Below are positions 10,246 through 18,038 of a DNA stretch of 64,000 nt, in pieces (the stretch's first letter is position 1; each line of letters starts with the position of its first letter). This DNA is from an uncultured Veillonellaceae bacterium. Its GTDB lineage: Bacteria > Bacillota > Negativicutes > JARBTT01. Made by a program: the position numbers and the translations under genes. The notes under the pieces were generated by a model that was given only the letters and a program-made list of their open reading frames with translations, had not been told where the DNA came from and searched no databases. The stretch lies in contig CAWDTA010000002.1 in NCBI GenBank assembly GCA_963805085.1, forward strand, positions 896,001 to 960,000, written 5' to 3'.

Positions 10246-11400
10246 TTGGCTCTATATAAGGAGATGAAATCAATGCTAAAGAATATTGTTCAATTTGATG
10301 ATGGCGTGAAAGCGGCATTACTTCAAAAAACTTCAGAACCTGATATAATGAAAGTTTTTGCAGTTTTAGCTGTTATGTGGCAGGGAATTTTGGGCTTAAT
10401 GATGAAACAATCGTTTGACATAAGTCAAAATGTAGAAATGATTATTATATCTGATTTTGTAAAGTATTCTGCGCCATTCTTTATTTTTGCTATCTGTTTT
10501 GACATATGTAAAATAAAAAATGTATCTTATAAGAAACAGATACTACATAAAGCTGAAGAACTATTACTACCGTATTTTTGTTGGGCAACAGTTTATATAT
10601 GCAGTAATATCTCAACTTATCAAACCATTGAAGATTTTGCAGAGGGATATTTGCTAGGTACTAATGCTCCACATACATGGTATCTAATTATGATGTTTCA
10701 ATTTCATATACTAGTACCAGTTCTTTGGTATCTATATGCTAAACTTACAGCCAATAAAAAGAGGGTTACTCCTGTTTTAGTTATTTCTTTTGTATTATAT
10801 TTAGTATTTCTATTTGTCTATGATAATTATATATTTAATGTAACAACAAATAAGGCGCTTCTTTATTTGGATCGCTCATTTATTGCATTCAGTATTTATG
10901 CTGTACTTGGTACGGTTGCTGCAGCAAATTATGAAGAATGGAATAGTTTTGTTTCGAAAGTAAAGCTAATTGCTATACCGTTGTTTTTCCTAATATTTAT
11001 TGTAGCCAATAACGAAATGTTTGCTAATGGTTTTAATAATCTTAGCCTAGCAAATTGTATTTATTTAAAACCATCTATACTTTTTTATAATATTTTTGCG
11101 ATTATAATAGTATATGGACTTGCAGGGGCATTAATAAAAACAAACTCTCGCTCATTACCTGTATTTAGATTTTTATCACAATATGCTTTCAGAGCGTATT
11201 TAGCAAATTTCTTTGTAATAACTACATTAATAAAAGTTATGGGGAAATCAGGTGAGCAAATGCCCTTAAATTTACGTTTACTTTTATTATGGATAATAAC
11301 TGCAGTTTTTGCATTCACTATAGTATATACAATAGAGTTTGTTATTAAAAGTGTAAAAAAAATGTTTAGTAAAGAGATTAACCAAGAAGTTGAAGCTTAA
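10246..11400 (+). CDS. Membrane acyltransferase-3 (IcaC/OafA-like) protein
   Basis: About 10 hydrophobic segments; D.MK..A..AV, SAPFFIF, LLLPYFCW, PHTWYLIMMFQFHIL motifs; true start may be ATG 10264 or 10273. Confidence 0.75.
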   Translation: MALYKEMKSMLKNIVQFDDGVKAALLQKTSEPDIMKVFAVLAVMWQGILGLMMKQSFDISQNVEMIIISDFVKYSAPFFIFAICFDICKIKNVSYKKQILHKAEELLLPYFCWATVYICSNISTYQTIEDFAEGYLLGTNAPHTWYLIMMFQFHILVPVLWYLYAKLTANKKRVTPVLVISFVLYLVFLFVYDNYIFNVTTNKALLYLDRSFIAFSIYAVLGTVAAANYEEWNSFVSKVKLIAIPLFFLIFIVANNEMFANGFNNLSLANCIYLKPSILFYNIFAIIIVYGLAGALIKTNSRSLPVFRFLSQYAFRAYLANFFVITTLIKVMGKSGEQMPLNLRLLLLWIITAVFAFTIVYTIEFVIKSVKKMFSKEINQEVEA

Positions 11401-11468
11401 CTAATCTGTTTTATGGAAAGAATCAATACCAGTGATATAAAAATAAAATAGAATCACATATTCAATAG

Positions 11469-11510
11469 AAAACAGAAGTTAACAGAATTTTTTCGGTGAC
11501 TTCTGTTTTT
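11469..11510 (+). terminator. Rho-independent terminator after mdc operon
   Basis: AAAACAGAAGTTAAC...GGTGACTTCTGTTTTT. Confidence 0.6.
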
Positions 11511-11598
11511 ATGTATATTAATGATGTCGTGTAAAAAAACAAATACGAAGGTTTGCCCTATTAATGGATATAAGAGAAAAAATTTCATTTTATTTTCA

Positions 11599-11641
11599 GA
11601 TAATGATTGTATAATAAAAAAATAGATAATAGTAATTATCA
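11599..11641 (+). promoter_or_regulatory. Fur/PerR-like box
   Basis: GATAATGATT and GATAATAGTAATTATCA upstream of a membrane protein and a rubrerythrin-like gene; imperfect match. Confidence 0.35.
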
Positions 11642-11736
11642 GTTAGGTGCAGCTTTAAATTCAATATTTATTTGTGGCGAGATAACGAGGTAAAGATAAT
11701 TACGAAGCAATAAGTTTATATGTAGGGGGTAAAAGG

Positions 11737-12267
11737 ATGCAATCAAAATTAAATTCAGTTAAATGGGGATTTGTACTTGCTATTTCTACTATTTTATTAG
11801 GTTTTATTTTAGGTGCTGTTATGGGCGGGGCTGAGGAGCAAATCAAAGCATTTTGGAGTGCATCAGCACAGCCTGTTTTAGCAAAGGTTTATAACAATGA
11901 TCCGCAAAAGATTGCGGCAATAGTGGAACGTTCGTGGAAGATGCTGCAAAGAGCACATATGCATGCGGCGGCAATTGGGGCAGCAAGCCTTGCCTTGATG
12001 TACCTATTGGCTTGCTTGAATGTAGCAACATTATACAAGAAATGGATTTCGATACTCTTAGGCATAGGGTCTTTGGGATATTCTTTGTCTTGGTTATATA
12101 CAGCCTTTGCTGCACCAATTATCGGCAATATTCCTGCCACGAAAGCCTCTATTCATATTCTGGCGGCTGGGTCCATTGGGATGTTGCTAGTTGGGACAAC
12201 GGCAATATTGGTTTTCAGTATCAAAGCATTGCTTTCCAATGAATCGGAACATACTGATAAAAATTAA
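11737..12267 (+). CDS. Hypothetical 4-TM membrane protein
   Basis: Hydrophobic helices, RAHMH motif, SD present, followed by a terminator. Confidence 0.7.
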   Translation: MQSKLNSVKWGFVLAISTILLGFILGAVMGGAEEQIKAFWSASAQPVLAKVYNNDPQKIAAIVERSWKMLQRAHMHAAAIGAASLALMYLLACLNVATLYKKWISILLGIGSLGYSLSWLYTAFAAPIIGNIPATKASIHILAAGSIGMLLVGTTAILVFSIKALLSNESEHTDKN

Positions 12268-12279
12268 ATGTATGATAAC

Positions 12280-12309
12280 AAAAACCTCTGTCGGTGACAG
12301 AGGTTTTTT
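12280..12309 (+). terminator. Rho-independent terminator
   Basis: AAAAACCTCTGTC-ggt-GACAGAGGTTTTTT. Confidence 0.75.
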
Positions 12310-12456
12310 ATACGAAGCTGAAATTTAGGCCGAAATCAATACATTAAATTTACAATGAGTATTAATTAATAACATTAACTAAGATAGTATTGCTTTAAAA
12401 AGATGAGGGACATATAATGAAGATAAATAGTCGGATTTATAAGGAGAGATGACATA

Positions 12457-12942
12457 ATGGACGTCTTTGATTTCGCATTGCAGATGGAACTTGAGGGTGA
12501 AGAATATTATCGGGGTATGGCTGAAAAGGTACAATATGATGAATTGAAAAAAGTATTATTGGCTTTGGCAGATGATGAGCATCGGCACTATAAAATTATA
12601 AAACAGGCCAAAGATCAAGTTTTTCAACAAATAGAGGAAGAACCTTTCTTAGAAAAAGTAAAAAATGTTTTTTCAGACAATAAAGACGCTGAAATCATTA
12701 CTCAACTAAGAAGTGAACAAATTGATGTATATAGATTGGCTTTAGTAAAAGAAAAAGAAAGTGTAGCACTTTATAAAAAGTTACAAGCAGAATCCGAGAA
12801 AGAAACTGTTAAGAATATTTTTAACCAGCTTATGCAGGAAGAAGAACGCCATGCGGAACAGCTTGAACATATTATTGATATGTTAAACAATGTCAATGAT
12901 TGGGTGGAATCTGCAGAGTTTAATCATAAAGATATTTATTAA
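12457..12942 (+). CDS. Ferritin-like/rubrerythrin family protein
   Basis: Two ExxH diiron motifs (DEHRH, EERH); AL.ME..G..YY. Confidence 0.85.
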   Translation: MDVFDFALQMELEGEEYYRGMAEKVQYDELKKVLLALADDEHRHYKIIKQAKDQVFQQIEEEPFLEKVKNVFSDNKDAEIITQLRSEQIDVYRLALVKEKESVALYKKLQAESEKETVKNIFNQLMQEEERHAEQLEHIIDMLNNVNDWVESAEFNHKDIY

Positions 12943-13015
12943 GGATTGAATTGGTTATGAAAGATTAAACGAAGAACGGTTAGTGAAAAACTAAAATGAA
13001 GACAGGCAATGCTAT

Positions 13016-13076
13016 AAAAAGTAATGGTGTCTATCCTTTGGCTACATGGCTGAAGGATAGACACCATTACTTTTTT
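13016..13076 (+). terminator. Terminator whose core is repeated at 17874-17910
   Basis: AAAAAGTAATGGTGTCTATCCTT...AAGGATAGACACCATTACTTTTTT. Confidence 0.75.
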
Positions 13077-13150
13077 ATTCTTATATGTATTTGGCAGTTG
13101 GAATAATACGATGAAAGATATAGTGCTTTCTCATTTGTTATAAAAATAAT

Positions 13151-13188
13151 TTACCTTTTCATAACACAGATGTAACACAGACGTAACA
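13151..13188 (+). promoter_or_regulatory. PhoP/PhoB-type PHO box (11-bp periodic TAACA repeats)
   Basis: TAACAcagatg TAACAcagacg TAACA at 13162, 13173, 13184, plus degenerate TTACC at 13151. Confidence 0.55.
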
Positions 13189-13225
13189 AATAGTATCTTT
13201 GCTTTTGTTAAGATGGAAATAAAGT

Positions 13226-14020
13226 ATGAAAGAAGGGGCGGAGCTGAAACAAATTTATTTCTCATCAACCCTTATGTGGAACGCATCTGTACAAGAAATA
13301 TTTTCTATGGCGAAATTTTACGAGGTTGGTGGAGTTGAACTTTGGGGAGAGCAGGCTGAGTTTTTTCGCTACAATACTCGCGAGATTCGTCACATGTCAC
13401 ATAAATATGATATACAAATTATCGTTCATAGCAAAAGCTGGGACTTAAATTTTGCTTCTATAAATAAGCAGGTTCGAAATGCATCTTTACGATCAATAAA
13501 AAGATCAATTGATTTTGCAAAATTGCTAGGTGCTTCTGAGGTAACGATTCATCCACCACGGCGCACGCTGTTGATTGATGAGCCATTTTATATAAAGAAA
13601 ACGCAAACTGGTTTGGAAAAACTTTTTGAATATAGTATGAAACAAGAAGTTAATCTTTCATTAGAAATTATGGAGAAATTGCCAAAAGAAATTATCACTA
13701 CACCTGAAAAACTAAAAACAATCTTAGGCTCCTTGTATAAATCTTTCGCGTACACTGTAGATACGGCACATTGTACTGACCCAAAAGAGATTTTTTCAAT
13801 CTTGGGAAATATAGATTCTGTGTCGAAGCTTCACATCAGTAATAAAAAAGGTAAGGTGCTCCATAAACCTTTATATGATGGTGATCTTGATTTTCAACAA
13901 ATATTACCGCGCTTGGAAGGATATAATTTACCGCTTGTTATTGAAGGATTGGAAGCGGGAAACTCATATCAAGTTCTGAAGAATAATATGAATTTTGTAC
14001 AGACTGTTCTAAAAAAGTAG
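13226..14020 (+). CDS. Sugar phosphate isomerase/epimerase (AP endonuclease 2 TIM barrel)
   Basis: GVELW, VH...DLNFAS, VTIHP, LEIME, DTAH, LHIS, VIEG metal motifs. Confidence 0.8.
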   Translation: MKEGAELKQIYFSSTLMWNASVQEIFSMAKFYEVGGVELWGEQAEFFRYNTREIRHMSHKYDIQIIVHSKSWDLNFASINKQVRNASLRSIKRSIDFAKLLGASEVTIHPPRRTLLIDEPFYIKKTQTGLEKLFEYSMKQEVNLSLEIMEKLPKEIITTPEKLKTILGSLYKSFAYTVDTAHCTDPKEIFSILGNIDSVSKLHISNKKGKVLHKPLYDGDLDFQQILPRLEGYNLPLVIEGLEAGNSYQVLKNNMNFVQTVLKK

Positions 14021-14056
14021 CATTGTAATTAAGCGTGTAGAGGAGATAAAAAGTGA

Positions 14057-15082
14057 ATGAACTTTTTTAAAAAACGAATTTTAACTGGTATTTTCACTTT
14101 CTGTGCGGCCGTTGCTTTTTTAACGGGCTGCAGTAGTGAAAAAGTAACGGGAAATGCTTCAGGTAAGTTAAGTGGTAGTATAACAATCTATACATCACAG
14201 CCCGAACAGGATATTCAAAAACTTATTGAAAAATTTAATGAACAACAGCCAGATATCAAAGTGAATGTATTTAGAAGTGGGACTGAGGAAGTCATTAGTA
14301 AAGTATTAGCAGAAAAAGAAACCGGAAACATACAGGCAGATGTGTTACTAGTAGCCGATGCCGCGACTTTTCAAAGTCTCAAGGAAAAAGAATTGCTCAT
14401 GAGTTATAAATCACCTGAACTTAAAGGGATTAATAAAGATTTTTATGATGGTGATCATACCTATACAGGTACAAAAATTATATCAACAGGAATCATCTAT
14501 AATAAAAATCTTATCAAAGCAGCACCAACTTCGTATAAAGATTTAATAAAAGTAGAGTTTAAGAATAATGTTATTATGCCAAGTCCGCTATATTCCGGTG
14601 CTGCCGCGTACAATTTGAGCGTGCTTACACGTACGAATGACATTGGCTGGAAATATTACCAAGCGTTGAAAGACAATGGCGCTAAAGTAGATAAAGGAAA
14701 CGGTACAGTACAAAAAGCTGTTGTCGATGGGCAGGTAGGCATTGGTATTCTTGTTGATTATATGGCACTCAGAAGTAAAGAAAAAGGCGCACCAGTTGAA
14801 TTCGTTTATCCAAGCGAAGGATCGTTAATTGTGACAGAACCAGTTGGAATTTTGAAAGCTACGACGCATGCGCCACTTGCCAAAGCTTTTGTCGACTTTA
14901 TTTTATCAGAAGCCGGACAAAAGGTAACTGCTGAAATTGGCTATACGCCGATTAAATCTGGAGTACAGCCACCAGAAGGATTTAAATCTGTCGATGAAAT
15001 CAAAAATATGACATATGATTTGGCGACTATTGTTAAGGCGCGTCAGGAAGACAAACAAAAATTCAGTAACATTTTTAATTAA
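14057..15082 (+). CDS. ABC transporter substrate-binding lipoprotein (AfuA/FbpA family)
   Basis: Lipobox LTGC; IYTS, RSGT, ADV, MPSPLYSG, FVDFILS..GQ. Confidence 0.88.
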   Translation: MNFFKKRILTGIFTFCAAVAFLTGCSSEKVTGNASGKLSGSITIYTSQPEQDIQKLIEKFNEQQPDIKVNVFRSGTEEVISKVLAEKETGNIQADVLLVADAATFQSLKEKELLMSYKSPELKGINKDFYDGDHTYTGTKIISTGIIYNKNLIKAAPTSYKDLIKVEFKNNVIMPSPLYSGAAAYNLSVLTRTNDIGWKYYQALKDNGAKVDKGNGTVQKAVVDGQVGIGILVDYMALRSKEKGAPVEFVYPSEGSLIVTEPVGILKATTHAPLAKAFVDFILSEAGQKVTAEIGYTPIKSGVQPPEGFKSVDEIKNMTYDLATIVKARQEDKQKFSNIFN

Positions 15083-15140
15083 AATGTAAAAATCATTTAA
15101 AGGCTGTGGGCTATCCACAGTCTTTTTACAGGAGTTTAGT

Positions 15141-16784
15141 ATGTTTAAAAATTTAAGCGCCAACATAGTAAAATTGCTCATGTATTTTGCCATATTTTTT
15201 GTTTTTCTGATGCCTCTTATCAAATTATGTTTCATGAGCTTAAACGAAACCGATGGTATTGGTCTGGAAACCTTTAATCTTTTACTGAATGAGTCTCGTA
15301 CTCGTATGGCGATATACAATACTATTTTTATTGCTGTTTTTTCCACTGTGATTGCACTTTTTTTTGGTGGTATATTTGCTTTTTTAACGGCCTATACCAA
15401 TATACAAAAAAAGCGTCTTATCGAGCTCATGGTGCTGGCTCCATTTATTATTCCATCATATATTATCGCTCTTTCTTGGAGCAGTTTGCTTGATAACAGA
15501 GGAGTTATTCAACAGATCCTTGCATTGCTTTATCTTCCTACCGTCAATATATACAGTATTAGTGGCATTGTCTTCGTCATGGGGCTTTGTCATATGCCAA
15601 TTGTTTATTTGTCAGTCATTAGCACATTACGTAAAATTCCGCAAGATTTGGAATGGGCATCGCGAACGTCTGGTTACACTACTTGGCAGACTCTTTTAAA
15701 AATTAATTTGCCACTTGCACTGCCAGCGATTATTAGTGGTGGAATCCTCGCGTTTCTAGCAGCCATTGACAATTTTGCAATTCCAGCTTTTTTAGGAATT
15801 TCAGCGAATATCCCTGTTCTTAGTACCTATATTTATGAAAAAGTAATCAGTTTTGGACCGAGTTCATTTAGTTTGGCTGCCGGATTGTCGGTGATATTAT
15901 CACTTATCGCAATTATTGGTATAGTTTTACAGAATAATTTTATTAAACGAAGCTCTAGTAAAGAAAGTATGCGTGAAGATTTTTCTATACGAATTTTTCT
16001 AAGCTTGTCGTTGCGCCGAAAAATACAATGGGGATGCATTGTTTTTTTGGGTATTATAGATATTGTTCCATTAATTACGATGTTATTGACAGCTTTTCAA
16101 ACAAACTATGGTATGGAACTGACAATAGAGAATATGTCTGTTCATAATTTTACTTTTTTAATAAGAAATCATGGTGTGCATCAAGCGGTATATAATAGTA
16201 TGCTATTAGCGGTGTTCACTTGTATTATCTGTATAGTCATCGGGACAGTCTGTGCTTATGCTAAAGTACGCTATCATAATCGCGCCGCTGTGGTTTTAGA
16301 ATATGCTGCTTCCTTAACGTATGCGATTCCGGGAATTGTAATCGCGTTAGCAATGATTTTTCATTGGGGGAAAATACCACATATCTATGGGACAGTCAGT
16401 ATTCTTATTTTGGCCTATAGTACAAGATATTTAATCTTTCAGATAAAAAATAGCACAATAGCGATTTTGTCGATTCATCCTTCCTTGGAAGAAGCTGGGA
16501 AAATAGCTGGCAGTAGCCAGCTGCGAATATGGAAAACGATAGTACTTCCTTTGCTCTTGCAACCAATTCTAACGGGATCTTTTCTAATTTTTATCTCAGT
16601 ATTAACAGAATTGAGTCTTTCCTCTCTGCTTGCTACTGCTAGTACAAAAACGATAGGCCTTTTCATATTCAATCTTGAGCAAGGCGGAGACTATAATTTG
16701 TCTTCGGCAATGTCAGTGTGTATAGTCCTTATTGTTTTGCTAGTTTATGGTGTAGCTGAGTATTTCAATCGTCAAAAAGATTGA
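15141..16784 (+). CDS. ABC transporter permease (AfuB/FbpB type)
   Basis: Duplicated EAA-like loops (LEWASRTSG, LEEAGKIAG); multi-TM. Confidence 0.9.
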   Translation: MFKNLSANIVKLLMYFAIFFVFLMPLIKLCFMSLNETDGIGLETFNLLLNESRTRMAIYNTIFIAVFSTVIALFFGGIFAFLTAYTNIQKKRLIELMVLAPFIIPSYIIALSWSSLLDNRGVIQQILALLYLPTVNIYSISGIVFVMGLCHMPIVYLSVISTLRKIPQDLEWASRTSGYTTWQTLLKINLPLALPAIISGGILAFLAAIDNFAIPAFLGISANIPVLSTYIYEKVISFGPSSFSLAAGLSVILSLIAIIGIVLQNNFIKRSSSKESMREDFSIRIFLSLSLRRKIQWGCIVFLGIIDIVPLITMLLTAFQTNYGMELTIENMSVHNFTFLIRNHGVHQAVYNSMLLAVFTCIICIVIGTVCAYAKVRYHNRAAVVLEYAASLTYAIPGIVIALAMIFHWGKIPHIYGTVSILILAYSTRYLIFQIKNSTIAILSIHPSLEEAGKIAGSSQLRIWKTIVLPLLLQPILTGSFLIFISVLTELSLSSLLATASTKTIGLFIFNLEQGGDYNLSSAMSVCIVLIVLLVYGVAEYFNRQKD

Positions 16785-16841
16785 AAGAACAAGTACAAAT
16801 GCGATTACGATCAATTTAACAGGAGGTAAAGAACAACGATT

Positions 16842-17870
16842 ATGAGTTTAAGAATAGATCATATTACAAAAAAATTTGATACAGCGATAGCTCTTTCAGA
16901 AATTAATATGGAAATTAGAGGTGGAGAATTTATATCTATTTTGGGTCCTTCCGGCTGTGGGAAAACTACATTATTGCGTATCATTGCTGGTTTTTTACTA
17001 CCAACAAGTGGTGAAATTCATTTTAATAATAGGTTATACGCTAGCAGTAGTTGTTCAATTCCTGTAGAAAAACGTAATCTGGGTATGGTTTTTCAATCCT
17101 TTGCCCTGTGGCCACACATGACGGTCAAAGAACACCTAGCATTTCCGTTGCGAAATCAAGCGCAAAAACGAAGTAAAGAAGAAGAAAATGGTATCATTAA
17201 AAAAATTCTTGCAGTGACCGGGTTGGAGAAATTAGCTGAGAGTTTGCCAGGAGAATTATCTGGTGGACAGCAGCAAAGGGTTTCTTTGGCTAGAGCCATT
17301 ATAAATAAGCCTAATCTTTTGCTTATGGATGAACCACTCAGTGCGTTAGATGCTGAACTTAAAATCAATATGCGGCAAGAAATACAGAAGATACATAAAA
17401 TCACTGGAGCGACAATTCTTTACGTCACGCATGACCAAAGTGAAGCGTTGGCTATGTCAGATCGTATTGTGGTAATGAAAGATGGACATATTGAACAGAT
17501 TGGCACGCCTGAAGAAATTTATACAAAGCCAGAAACGCTTTTTGTGGCAGCTTTTGTTGGTAGACATAATATGATTTCAGGAAAGTGGGATGGGAACCAG
17601 TTTAGTTGCAAAAATGGTGCTGTTTTTACGGCTGTACCACCAGCCGAGTGCTTTGTGGAAGCAGGAATTTGTCCCCTTCGTCCAGAAGAACTTGTGCCAA
17701 ATCAGAATCCTACTGGTATTCCTGTAGAAATTGTCAATCAGCAATACAATGGAAGAGAATTTCTCTATACTGCTGTTGATTGTGAGAAAAATTTTTATCA
17801 TTTTTATGCAACAGCGACAATGACTTTATCAGTTGGACAAAAAATATATTTAACAAAGAAAGCTTCTTAA
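16842..17870 (+). CDS. ABC transporter ATP-binding protein
   Basis: GPSGCGKTT, LSGGQQQR, LLLMDEP, VTHDQ. Confidence 0.95.
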   Translation: MSLRIDHITKKFDTAIALSEINMEIRGGEFISILGPSGCGKTTLLRIIAGFLLPTSGEIHFNNRLYASSSCSIPVEKRNLGMVFQSFALWPHMTVKEHLAFPLRNQAQKRSKEEENGIIKKILAVTGLEKLAESLPGELSGGQQQRVSLARAIINKPNLLLMDEPLSALDAELKINMRQEIQKIHKITGATILYVTHDQSEALAMSDRIVVMKDGHIEQIGTPEEIYTKPETLFVAAFVGRHNMISGKWDGNQFSCKNGAVFTAVPPAECFVEAGICPLRPEELVPNQNPTGIPVEIVNQQYNGREFLYTAVDCEKNFYHFYATATMTLSVGQKIYLTKKAS

Positions 17871-17873
17871 AAG

Positions 17874-17912
17874 GTCTATCCTTTGGCTACATGCTGAGGG
17901 ATAGATTTTTTT
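17874..17912 (+). terminator. Terminator, near-copy of 13029-13061
   Basis: GTCTATCCTTTGGCTACATGCTGAGGGATAGATTTTTT. Confidence 0.65.
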
Positions 17913-18038
17913 GCTTTTGCATGTATTTCTATTATTTTATTAAAAAAATAGAAATAAAAGCAGGTTTTTAGAATTTTTTGCCAAATTTAAATAGTGTGAA
18001 AATACTGGTTATTATTTTTGTCATAGGCGGAGGTAAAG

